Of a stretch of 64,000 bases of DNA, positions 8,895 to 20,400 are shown one piece after another. Each line of letters starts with the position of its first letter. Position 1 is the stretch's first letter. The position numbers and the translations under genes are program-made. The notes below the pieces were generated by a model that saw only the letters and a list, made by a program, of their open reading frames with translations, did not search any database and was not told where the DNA came from. The stretch comes from a bacterium (GTDB taxonomy: Bacteria; Bacillota_I; Bacilli_A; RF39; UBA660): positions 15,753 through 79,752 of the forward strand of contig CAVAGO010000001.1 of NCBI GenBank assembly GCA_963588075.1, in the 5' to 3' direction.

Positions 8895-9488
8895 ATGGTT
8901 AAAATTGAATTTTATTATAAAAGTGCTGATAAAGATAAAACAGAAGCTATGCGAGAAGCTATTGATATAGCTTTATTTGGTACTAATGTTCAATGTAATT
9001 TTAAGAATCTTCCTGACCATCTTATTCTTGAAGATATGATACTTGAAAAGGCTGTTGCTGGTAAGAATATTACTGAATATCCTACTTGTATTATATATCG
9101 AGATGATACAGAATATAAACGATATAGTAATTCTGTTACTTGGGAAGAACTTCGTAATGATATTAATTATCTTACTGGAGATGAACCTACAAGACAAACA
9201 AATAATATATTTATTGAAGCATTTATTGATGAACATGATTGTATAACTCGTGCTAAATGTGCTGATGCTATTGCTTGGATGTGGAAATATCAAAATACTA
9301 AAGTAGAATATATTCAAACTAATGTTGATAATCCGAATAAGTTTGCTGTTGTAATTAAAGATAGTTGGAGAACTTATGCTACTTATGTGTATTCTGATAG
9401 TCTTACTACTGAAATGATTAAGAATACTCTTCTTAGAGTTCCTAATACTATTAAAGAAGCTGTTAAAAATAATGCTATTGTGTTATGA
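8895..9488 (+). CDS. hypothetical protein, probable duplicated thioredoxin-like fold
   Basis: 197-aa ORF. TEYPTCIIYRDD parallels KKFPTTIIYKET of the next gene. Confidence 0.55.
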   Translation: MVKIEFYYKSADKDKTEAMREAIDIALFGTNVQCNFKNLPDHLILEDMILEKAVAGKNITEYPTCIIYRDDTEYKRYSNSVTWEELRNDINYLTGDEPTRQTNNIFIEAFIDEHDCITRAKCADAIAWMWKYQNTKVEYIQTNVDNPNKFAVVIKDSWRTYATYVYSDSLTTEMIKNTLLRVPNTIKEAVKNNAIVL

Positions 9489-9754
9489 TACGTATTGATT
9501 GTTTTGTTAAAAGTGAATGTGATGCTTGTAAAATTGCAGTTAAAAGTATAACTAATGCTGTTAATGAAGCCAGTTGTGATATTACTTTAAATATTAGAAA
9601 AATAAGTGAAGTTGCTACTAGTATTAAAAAGTTTCCTACTACTATTATATATAAAGAAACTTTATCGCATGAACTTAAAGAACTAGCTAGATTGGAAGGT
9701 AGTTTTCCTAGTGAATATATTGAAGATATTATTGATAAACTTGAAAAAGAATAA
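9485..9754 (+). CDS. thioredoxin/glutaredoxin-like protein with CxxC
   Basis: 89-aa ORF with SECDACK (CxxC) near the N-terminus and a FPTTIIY cis-Pro motif. ATGA overlap with the upstream gene. Confidence 0.55.
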   Translation: MIRIDCFVKSECDACKIAVKSITNAVNEASCDITLNIRKISEVATSIKKFPTTIIYKETLSHELKELARLEGSFPSEYIEDIIDKLEKE

Positions 9755-9757
9755 ACT

Positions 9758-9907
9758 ATGACAGTTAAAGAACTTATAGAAATACTTAAGACTTGTGATG
9801 AAAAGTCTGAAGTAAAAGTTGAACATTGGAATAGTACAGTATCTTCTATTGAAGAAGTTATTGATTATAGTAAAGAACTTAGTGAAGTTATTATAACTAT
9901 TGAATAG
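9758..9907 (+). CDS. small hypothetical protein (49 aa)
   Basis: The ATG lies 4 nt after the previous stop. MTVKELIEILKTCDEKSEVKVEHWNSTVSSIEEVIDYSKELSEVIITIE. Not in the supplied ORF track because it is under 60 aa. Followed by the hairpin terminator at 9943. Confidence 0.3.
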   Translation: MTVKELIEILKTCDEKSEVKVEHWNSTVSSIEEVIDYSKELSEVIITIE

Positions 9908-9942
9908 TTAATACTGATGCTAATGGTTTATATGTTATATGT

Positions 9943-9975
9943 AAAGCTGGCTCTAATAGAGCTGGCTTTATTAAA
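9943..9975 (+). terminator. hairpin terminator candidate
   Basis: aaagctggctct-aat-agagctggcttt gives a 12-bp stem with two central G:U pairs, followed by the T-rich attaaattt. Confidence 0.45.
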
Positions 9976-9990
9976 TTTAATGATTAGCTT

Positions 9991-10161
9991 GGAACCGCTA
10001 CGAGTGCTACGCACTCTTCGCTATACTCCCCGTAGAGGATGGAATGGTAGTTGCGCTAGTAATATTAGTATAGTTATTAATGATAATGATTATATTGATT
10101 GAATGAATACTAGTCTATTCCATCCTCCACGGGGAGTTGAGCGTAGCGAAGCGGAGCGTTC
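9991..10161. mobile_element. 171-bp element with ~45-55 nt imperfect terminal inverted repeats built on long-form GC-motif units (MITE-like or structured RNA locus)
   Basis: Left arm ggaaccgctacgagtgctacgcactcttcgcTATACTCCCCGTAGAGGATGGAAT (9991-10045). Right arm ATTCCATCCTCCACGGGGAGTtgagcgtagcgaagcggagcgttc (10117-10161). A 71-nt AT-rich spacer separates them. The inner 21 nt pair with one mismatch. The arms carry CGCTN/AGCGN pentamer tracts. Confidence 0.6.
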
Positions 10162-10197
10162 TACTAATCCTTAAACTTATAGTCGTTGGCATGACTG

Positions 10198-10241
10198 AAA
10201 CCTCGGTAGATAAGCTAGTCTTACTACTGAGGTTTATTTTT
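10198..10241 (+). terminator. rho-independent terminator
   Basis: aaacctcggtag / ctactgaggttt 12-bp stem (one G:U pair), 14-nt loop, followed by atttttat. Confidence 0.7.
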
Positions 10242-10273
10242 ATCTTATTGTTAAACTTAAATATATTATAATT

Positions 10274-10456
10274 ATGGTTGCATTTATTGTTCTTCTTGGA
10301 ATTATATTTGGTGGTGTTAAACTATTAGCTGTTGCTAATAATATTAGTGATAGTGAAGCTATGGATAAGTATAGTGGAAAATTATTTGTTGTTGGTATTA
10401 TAGTTTTTGTTATTCTTATGTGTGTTATTGGTAATAATGATGATGGTTTTAATTAA
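10274..10456 (+). CDS. small membrane protein (two predicted TM helices)
   Basis: 60-aa ORF. MVAFIVLLGIIFGGVKLLAV ... LFVVGIIVFVILMCVIG. Confidence 0.4.
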   Translation: MVAFIVLLGIIFGGVKLLAVANNISDSEAMDKYSGKLFVVGIIVFVILMCVIGNNDDGFN

Positions 10457-10465
10457 GATAATATT

Positions 10466-11005
10466 ATGGAATTTAATACTAAACTTAGTAAACTTATAGC
10501 TCGTAGAAAAGTTATAGAAACTAGAAAAAGACTTAATAAAATTGTTCAATCTCCTTTTGAAATAAATAATACTTTAAAAACTGTTTATCAAAATAATGTT
10601 GTAGATAATAATAAAAAATATATTATTACTAGACAAGATTATTGTAGAAATTTTGTTACTATTAATATTGATTTTATTAGTAATATGAAATATTTTGATA
10701 AAGGTGCTAATACTATATTTATACATATATGTAAAAATATAGATTTTAATTCTAATGTAATTAAATTTACCGAAAAAGATATTATTGATGAATATAGTAT
10801 TAGTGTAGAAACTTTTTATAACGGTCTTAATATATTATATAATTTTGATGTTATTAAAGCTACTACTCGTAAATCTGTTTACATAATTAATCATAATATT
10901 ATTTTTAAAGGTAGCATTGGAGATTTTATTAAAGAATATAATAAATATTATGAAAATGTTGATGTTATTATTAATGATAAAGGTAAAGTTATATTAAATA
11001 TATAA
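10466..11005 (+). CDS. RepL-like / winged-helix DNA-binding protein (tentative)
   Basis: 179-aa ORF. ...ANTIFIHICKNIDFNSNVIKFTEKDIIDEYSISVETFYNGLNILYNFDVIKAT...VYIINHNIIFKG resembles the wHTH core and the y.iNP.i.fKG tail of RepL plasmid replication proteins reported in crAssphage (from memory). Confidence 0.4.
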   Translation: MEFNTKLSKLIARRKVIETRKRLNKIVQSPFEINNTLKTVYQNNVVDNNKKYIITRQDYCRNFVTINIDFISNMKYFDKGANTIFIHICKNIDFNSNVIKFTEKDIIDEYSISVETFYNGLNILYNFDVIKATTRKSVYIINHNIIFKGSIGDFIKEYNKYYENVDVIINDKGKVILNI

Positions 11006-11013
11006 TTATAAAT

Positions 11014-11355
11014 ATGGTTAGTTTTAAATCTTATAATATCAATAAGTATAGAAATAAACTTATTGATAAACAAAGAAATAGAAAATATATTAATGTATAT
11101 CTTGATTCTTTAAGAGAATTTTATAATCTTACTAATAATGAAAAGAATGTTTTACTTTATATTAATAGTATATATGATAAAACTGAAACTTACTTTGTTA
11201 TTAATACTATATTTTATAATGATTGTGAAGATAAAACTAAAGTTCCAATATCTTCTATAAAATCTGTTTTATATAGTCTTAAAAAGAAAGGATTTATTAG
11301 TAATTATAAAGATAAACATAATAATATTATTAAAGGTTGTTATGTTATTAAATAA
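11014..11355 (+). CDS. small winged-helix-like protein (tentative paralog of the preceding gene)
   Basis: 113-aa ORF. LTNNEKNVLLYI ... ISSIKSVLYSLKKKGFISN. Confidence 0.4.
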   Translation: MVSFKSYNINKYRNKLIDKQRNRKYINVYLDSLREFYNLTNNEKNVLLYINSIYDKTETYFVINTIFYNDCEDKTKVPISSIKSVLYSLKKKGFISNYKDKHNNIIKGCYVIK

Positions 11356-11358
11356 AAT

Positions 11359-11403
11359 AGGGCTTGTCTAGGTAGTGATACCATAGGCAAGCCCTTATTT
11401 TTT
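11359..11403. terminator. bidirectional rho-independent terminator at the convergence of the + and - gene blocks
   Basis: agggcttgtctagg / cataggcaagccct stem, flanked by aaataaaat upstream and tatttttt downstream. It sits between the stop at 11355 (+) and the stop at 11422 (-). Confidence 0.8.
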
Positions 11404-11421
11404 ACTAGGTTCAAGTCCAGC

Positions 11422-14400
11422 TTATTCAAATATATCTTTAGCTATATCTTTATAAGGTATAATACTAAGTATATTTTCATCAAGTTTATAATAACTATTA
11501 TTATTAGGTAAATCAAGAACACGATTAATACTACGAACAACAGGTATATTACGAACAGCCATAACTTCAAACTTATTCATACCTTTATATCTACCAGTAG
11601 TATATTCCTCAGTAAAATCTTCTTCAATAAGGAATCTAGCAGCCATAGCAGTAGTACCAATTAAGTCATTAATAGTTTGTCCAATAGCAACAGGACTAGA
11701 CCATAATTTTTTACCTTCAGCATAAGCTCCAAATGGAGTAAATGAAGCAGCTTCAGAAGCAAGACGGTCAGCATGATAAAGCATAAGATTATATATAATA
11801 CTTTCATCATCATCTCCACCCATACCAGTTATAGCAATTGCTCCAATAATGGCAGCTCCTACATAAAGTAAATCACCTAAATTACGTCTAATATTTGCTT
11901 TTTCATGTTCAGGAAGAAGTTCATAGTTAAGTTTGAAATTAACAGCAAATGAAAGTAAATTCTTACCATAAACTTGAAATGCTTTAAGAACATCACTTAC
12001 ATTATTAATTTCTCCTGCATTACTTTCTTTAAATGGAATAGTCAAATAATCATAAAGACTAGTATAACTACCTTTTTCAACAGTACCTAGAGTTTCATTA
12101 TAATAACCATTCCAACGATAACGTTTCTTAAAACCGGGATAAAGATGTTTATGATATTGCATAACCATACCACCCCACCAATGTTGTTCAATATTAGCAG
12201 AACCAAGTTTATCATAAACACCATGAACTTTCTTATTTACTTCACGAACTTTATCAATAAATTTAGCATATTCTTTAAGAGTAAGTTTACTATCAGATTT
12301 TATTTGAGCAATTCCATCTTTAAGTTCAAACTGATTATAAATATCTGGAAGTTTAGCAAACTTTTTATCAATATTCTTAATAAGTTCTTTACGTTTAGCT
12401 ATATATTCTCTTTGTTGTTCTTCATTAAGATAAGTTTTAACAAAATCGAATATAGGATTAGCTTTAAATAGATTATATTTAGCTCGTTTTTTATTATCAG
12501 CTTTAGCATCATCCATGAACTTATTGAATTGTTCAAGTAGAGCTTGGTTCTCTCCTCCACGGGGAGTATTTATTACAGACATAAGAGCATCTTGTTCAGC
12601 TTTACGATGATACATTTCTTTACTCATTATATCATAACCACCTCTACCATTATCAACAAGTCTATGAGATTTAAGCATAGCAAATAGCATAACATTTTGC
12701 ATATAATGTTCACCAACAGATTGAGGACTAAATAGTAATCCACGAACTCTACGAATATTTTCTCTAAGACCTTCAGCAGTACTAACTTCAGTTACTCTAT
12801 CAAAGTCAACTACATGACTAAGTTTAATAATAGCATCTTGAAGTGTACTACTATTTTCACTATACATATTAGCCATATAACTAACAGTTCCTTTAATCCA
12901 TTCAGATTTACCAGCTTCCCAATCTTTAAGATTAATATATTCACCAGCAGCTCGTTCCATAAATATATTACTAGAACCAGTAAGAACGTTAGCAATACCA
13001 CCAGTTATATTCATCATCATATATTTACTGCCAGCAATATTTTGAGCAAGAGAACCAAGTTTAACTAGATTAGGAGTTTTATTATCCTTATATTGTTCAA
13101 ATACAAGACGACGAATAAAACTTCTAAGATGTTCACTAGTTCTAGTTTGTTTTTCTTGTTTATATTCAATTTCACCACCAGCACTAGCTTCTCTATTCTC
13201 AGTTATACTACCTTTATAATTTATATCATAAGCAGTATTACTAGTAATAATTTGGTCAGCAGTATAAAGAAGATTTTTAACTGTTTTAATAGCATTATAT
13301 CTATTACTTTCAATTAAGAAACTATTAAATACTTCTTCCCAATTACGATTAAGAATATCATTATGAATTTTATTATTCTTTTCAATAATCTCATCTCTAG
13401 CTTTAATAGCAGCAGCTTTACGTTTACTAAATTCTTCATCACTTTCATTAAGTTCTTTAAATTTAGGTATAGTAGGCAACTGTTGAGTATCTTTATTAAC
13501 TAATTGAATTAATCTAGGATTAGGAATATCATAATCTTTATCAAAAGTTAAATCTTCATTATTTCTCCAACTAGTATTATTAGGAACATTGGCTGTCCAA
13601 CCAAGAAAACTAAGAGCTTGTTCAAAGTAATCTTTAACAGTCATATCTTTAGATTTAGGCAAAGCTGGAAGATAACCCATATCAACATATCGCTTATTAC
13701 TATTAGTAAAACAATACTTTTTCATAAGTTCATTTACTTTATTCATAAGTTCAAGTTGATATTCATTAAGATTAGTATAATTAGGATTATCATATCCTGT
13801 TCCTACTTTGTACTTATTAACAAAACTACTATATTCTGGATTAACAAGTTCTTCTTTAGGAGTAATATGCATTTGATTAATACGTGGTTCATAATTACCA
13901 ACAACAGCTGAACCATCATCTTTAATCATTTGCATAGTGGTCCAAATACGAATAGGTTTAATAGTACGAGTATATGGGTCAAAATAATGATTATCTCTAT
14001 ACCATTGTTTATATTCAACACTATCAATACCATATTTGTCAAGAACTTCTCTTTCTTTTATATAGTAATATTGAGTAGTAGTTTCTCTAGTTCTCTTTTG
14101 AAGAATATTAATTGCAGCAGTTCTATCAATATCAGTCCATTTATCTAAATCTTTAGGTTTAATAATACCGTAAATAGTTCGATTAGGTCTTTCTGCAATA
14201 GTTCCATTTTCTTCAACTTGTTCACTAAACACTTCTAACCATTTATCATAATACTTTTTACCTTTAGCAAAAGCTCTATTTTTATCAAGTTCATATTGTT
14301 TCCAATTATAAGTAACATCACATTCACTTTCAATAAATTCAGCAACACGTTTTGCTTTAGCTTTATCAGTACTCTTTTCACCTCTAGTAATTTCATTAAA

Positions 14401-17400
14401 TACTTCAAAACCAGTCTTGAGTTGTTCTAAATCTTCTTGACTAATATCAGCAGTATTAAGAGTTCTAGTAGCATTATCAAAATATTTTTCAAGTATTTTA
14501 TTAATAGCTTCTCCTACATTAATTTCTTCTTCGCTCTTAGATTTATTACCTGTAAGATAATTATAGAAATCAGCACGATAAATTCTTAATTCATCTTCAG
14601 CAGAACGAATAATACCAACATAAGGCATACCATTACCTTTAGTATATTTATATTTTCTAACTGTTTCAGCTTTTATAAGAGCTGCACGTTCTTCAGGTAT
14701 CTTACGTCCATCAACTACATTAAATTCATCTTTAGCTTGAAATTCCTTGATAGCAAGATTAAGAACACTATTACCTTTATTAGCGTCTTTAAGTTCTTCA
14801 AACGCCCAATTTAAATCTTCTATATCTTTAATATCAAGAATATATCTAGTATTCTTACGAATCCATTCTTTAGCTTCACGATATTCAGGAACTTTCATAA
14901 GTTCTTCCATACTAATAAGAAGATTACCATTAGCATCACGTTGACTTTCATATTTACTAATAATAGAAAGTTGTTCTTTAAGTTTAGAATCAAATCCTTC
15001 TTTAGCTTGCTTATCATAGAACATTTCTTTAATTTTACGAATATTAGTTTGATAAGCACGAAGTCTTTCAGCTACATTTAAATCATGACCAATTTTTTTA
15101 TTACCATCTTCATCATAAAGACTAGTAAGACTATCCATTTGAGCGTATATACGTCCAAGTTCTTCATCTTGACTTTGCGTAGTAACATTATCAGTAGCTT
15201 GACTTAGAATATCTCGTATTCTACCATTAAGTCTTTTATATTCAGCAAATTCTTTAGGAATACCATCATCTCCTTTTTTAAGTCCTAATAAACTTCTTTC
15301 AAGATTTATAATATAAGTAGAATATTCAATAGTAACATTATTACCATCTTCATCTTGAACTGTAATTGGTTTAAGCTGATGAATAGTAGTCATATCAATA
15401 AATTTAGCTTTATTAGATAAAGCAATAAGATGTTCAATACTATTTATACCAAATTTTTGTTCAGCTTCAATAGCAGCATCTCTATATTTCTTTATCTTTT
15501 CTTCCCAAATAGGATTATTAGGTTGAATTAATCTACCATCATCATCAATAATACTATCGAGACTAACAGATTTACCATCTTTAGCAGCTCTAGATTTAAG
15601 TTCTTTAAGATAATTTCTAAAGTCATTAGCTTCTTTAATACCATTAAGACGACCTTCTTCAACAGTACCCATTACATCTTTAAGTATATTCTGCAATACA
15701 AAGTTACGATTAGCACGAATATCTTGTATCCAATAATCCATAAATCCAGTATCACCATAAGCATCAAATTCTTTCATAAGACCACTTATATAATTAGGAT
15801 TAGTAGTGCGTAATTGAATCCATCTTTCAAACCAATCTTTTCTAGCAGAATGTACAGTAGTATTAGAATCAACTTGATTAACTAATTTTTGAATCTTTCT
15901 AATATTCTCTTTAGTTTTATCATCAAGATTTGTACTATCAATATCAATTTCGCTAATAAGTTTATATTTATTCTTAAATGTATTAGCACTAAGAATAACA
16001 TCTAAGAAACGATTTTGAAGTTGTTCATCTTTAAGAACTTTACCAATAACATCTTTATCGTTAATAGGTTTATCAATACCGTCAATTTTAATAAAACGAT
16101 TAATATCATTAAGAATATTATTAGCTTCAACATCTATATAATTAGCAATGACTGATAATGAAAATTCAGAATTATCAGAAAGACTACTACTATCAAGATA
16201 ATTAATTTCAGCATTATTAAGAGCGTTTAATACATTTTGAGCAGCAGGTTGACCATGACGAACAGCTCTTGAAATAATTAAACTTGCATTTTTAGCAAAT
16301 CTACCAATAGGAGTTTGGTCATCAACACTACTATATCTATCAGTATTACTTGTAACTCTATCTATTTCATTTTCATTAATTTCAATAAATAATCCAAGTT
16401 TACTATCTTCAATATTAGGATATTTAGCTTTATATTGCTGTAAATCATCGCTTAAATTAATAGCAGTAGTTCCATTAATGTTAAGATAAAATTTATCATT
16501 AATAGTATATATAGTATTATTCTCAAAAGGAGTATTCATAAAAGGTTGGAAATACTCATCAGATATATATTTACCATATAGTTCAGGAACTTCTTTATAA
16601 CCTTTATTTACAGCTTCATTAATATTATCTTTAATACCATCAATAAATTTATCTTGTTTTTCTTGTTGAGTAAGACCTTTATAAAGAAGAACAGCTAATG
16701 GTTTATGAATATTATTATTAGCTATAATACTTGGTTCAATACTATTATAAGTTTCAAATGATTCAAGTCTATCAATAGGATAATAAGCTAAAGTTCCATC
16801 ATAAGTTCCTTTAATATATAAATTTCTATTAATTCTAATAACATTAATAGCATCTCCATTTCTTATTATTCCTACATTATCAAGATTTTCTTGACCATTA
16901 AAAGTAATAATACCACTTCTTTTTAGACTATAATTAATTTTATTATTAGTAAGTCTTTTAAATGTATAACTAGGACAATTAAAACTATTATAATTCTTAC
17001 GAATAAAACCAATTATATCTTCAACATTATCTTTATCAACAAAACCATAACTATTAATACCTTTCATAGCTATATCTCCAATAGCTATTCCGCCCTCACT
17101 CAATCCTCTAAGGGGAGTATTACTTATAAGTCTACTAATATTTCTAGTTCTAAACTTATGACTTTCAACAATAAAAGCATATTTAACTAAATCAAGAGCT
17201 GTAAGTTTAATAAGAGGATTAGGATGATTCCAAGCTCTATCAAACAATCTATGGGCTTCATCATTAGTAATATCACCTTGTATGTAATTAATATATTGAA
17301 TATTTACATTACGACGATTATTTCTTTCATCATTAGCAACTATTTCAATATGTTCAAATACACTACCATCTTGACTAAAATTACGTTTAATCCAATCAAC

Positions 17401-20400
17401 TTTCTGAGCAGGAGTAAGTCTAGCAAATACATCAATTTCAGTTTGTGTAGGCTCAAATATATTTTTAACTACAACATCATCAGTTTTAATATTAACTAAT
17501 GTACCACTAACTCTACCAACTTCTAAAGCTCTAGATTGTCCAGTACCATATTCTTTAATATATTTAGGATGAACAAAATCTCCATTAACAACAGTAACAG
17601 GTAAATTAAGATAAGAACTACCATTATTACCTACTTCTAGTTTATTAATAAGATAATCTTTATAGTCATTATATAACTTTTCAGTCATTATTCCACCTTT
17701 AGTCCATTCAGCTATTCTATATACATAATCAATAAATACAGGATTAGCAGTTTCAAATACTTGTTGAGTAGCTTTAACACTAAGAGCAGTACTCATTTGT
17801 AAAAATGCAGCTAAACTAGGATAACTACTTTTAGATATATCTGATTTAATAAACGCATCTATACCACCACTAATATCAGGAAATACACTCTCTAACAGCA
17901 AGGTTTGACCCCCCGTAGAGGATGGAGCATAAATATTACTATTTTCAATAACAGTTCTAGCATCTCTAAATACTTTATCACTAGCATAAAAACTTTGTTT
18001 AGCACCATATTTATCAGCACTAAGAATATTAAGATTATTACTTATATCCTGTCCGATTGAGTTTAACCGATTGAATTGTGCTAGAACATAAAGGTCAAAT
18101 AAAGCCTGCTGAACGCCATTCATTTCCCCTCTAAGACGAGATTTATATGCGTCTGATGAAAATATAAGGTCAGGTGATGAAAATGCGTCAGAAACGCTTA
18201 AATTGAATAATTTCTTGAAAGTTTCACCATAACTTTTATCAATAGTTTCAATTAGCTTTTTACGTCCAGCAAAATTAACTTTTTCACCAAAACCAAGATT
18301 ATGAGCAACTTCTCTAATAGCTTCAGTAAGCGGATTTTTAGTACCTTCCGCAAGAACACTATTGGTTTCTTTCCATTTACGAACTAGTATATCAATAGCA
18401 GGTTGCCACATAAATCCAATAGCAGTATCATAATTACTTCCAAAGTCAACAATAGTTTTAAAAGCATTAAACGTATAAGTATTTTCATTATGTATAGCTC
18501 CCTCTTTCATAACATCAAGAATATGAGCAGTAGTCTGAGAACTATAAGGATTAATCAAATAACCATCAACATTCTTATCATCTCCAGACCAACCAAAATT
18601 CTTATGAGTAATACGAATATGTTTATTACCAATAGTTTCAACATTTTCTTTACCATATCTATTAACAGCTTCTTGCTCACTAATCACATCAGTAGTGTAC
18701 ATAACTTTAATACCTTCGCTATGGTTAGCTTTAGTAACATTTCCAATACTCATAAAAGTATCTCGATTAACACTGATACCTTTAAGTTTAATACCAGAAG
18801 TAGCAGCATCAAACCAATCAAGTTGAGTAAAGAAATCACTAGGAGCAACAGTTGTTTTATTAGCACCAACTATTTCTGCATAAGTTTCATTAGCTTCTTT
18901 GACATTTTCAAAGTTAGAAGTAGTAGTATTTTCTTCAAATGCAGCAGGATTATTAAATATATCAATAAATGATTGAATAATAGCATTAGTTCTAGCAGCT
19001 TGACTACTTGTATCCTCCACGGGGAGTTTCAAGTATGATTCGTAAGACTTAAGTCCACCATCATTAGCAATTTTTTCAACAACTTTAAGATTACCATTAT
19101 AACCTTCAAGAGTAGCATTAATAGCATCTTCGCTATTTTTTAAAGAAGCTCTAATATTACCTTGTTTATTATAAGTCTTACCAAGAATTTTACGACTAGC
19201 TTTATCTACATTATCTTTAACATAATTAATATATCCTACTTCATCTTTAGTATATCTAGCATGAGTAATTTCAGTTGGAACACCTTTAACAAGATTAAAT
19301 GTTTTAGACATACCATAAACACTATCAACGTCAAAGTCAGAACCAGTTTGAGTAACCCATTCATCAGGAACAACAACAGTACTACCATAAGCATCTGGAA
19401 GAAACTCTTTAACATACATAATACATATAGATTGTTTACCTTCAGTAGGAATACGATAACCAATCATAGTACGTAAGCTATCAGGAACTTGTTCAATATT
19501 TAATCCTTTAAGTTTACTACTCCATCTAGGAAGTTTAATTTCAGTATAATAAACAGGAGTGCCATCAACTTCTCCAATCTTTTTATATTGAAGTTTACTA
19601 TCTGTTTGAGTTTGTTTATCAACTTTAAAACCAAAATCAGATAACTGAGCAGCATGCCAACCACTAATAAGTTGCCTAGTAATATTAGTATTAAAATAAC
19701 TATTAGCAATACTTTCAAGTTTACTATTAATATTAGACAAAAATAAAGGAAGATTATTAAATCCAGCACTATCTAAATCGAAAAACTCAAGAAGAGCTTT
19801 TTCAACTCCTTGTTGTTGAGCATTTTCTTTAAATCTATCAAAAAATACAAAACGATTAAGATTTTTAATAGTACCATTAGAATTTAAATCAATATGACCA
19901 TTACTATCTAATCCAATACCAAGTTCAGCACAAGTTTTTTCAAAACTATTTCTAATATTAGCTACATAGTTATTAAATACTTTATTTTTAAGTTCATTAA
20001 GTTCAGTTCGATTAGGAAGATTATCAAGCATTTTCTTCATAATCTGAATAGCAGCTTTATTACTAGCATCAACCATATGTTGAGGAACTTCTTGCTGACG
20101 ATAAAGATAATTATAACTAAATAGTTCAGAATTATCAAATACATTATTATCAAATTCTTTAAGTGCTTCATCAGTTAAAACACCATCGTTATTCCAAAGT
20201 GTCATTCTATTATGTTGCGTAACTTTAACAGTTTCAACAGTATTAATTTGATGAACACCTCTATTAGTCATTATATTATAAACTTTTTCAAGTTCTGTTC
20301 CTTTAATAAGTTTAGGAATAAGAACAAACTCAGCGTTCTTTACTTGTCTAGGAACTTCAATACCAACAGTAGTATCATAATATAAATCATAATAGAAATT

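Larger units (their letters stand above)
9976..10241 (+). ncRNA. candidate structured non-coding RNA locus (speculative)
   Basis: About 265 nt with no credible ORF, lying between two terminator-like hairpins (9943-9975 and 10198-10241). It contains the long inverted-repeat element. Confidence 0.25.

Noticed and set aside
9917-10102. 61-aa ORF spanning the left arm of the inverted-repeat element
   Set aside because: It is generated by the repeat sequence itself (LRYTPRRGWNG comes from the motif), has no coding-like context, and lies between two terminators. I treat the region as non-coding.
11400-11421. tRNA-like T-arm string GGTTCAAGTCC next to the convergent terminator
   Set aside because: The flanking bases do not form a 5-bp T-stem, and no acceptor, D or anticodon arms can be drawn. 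I found no tRNA in the window.
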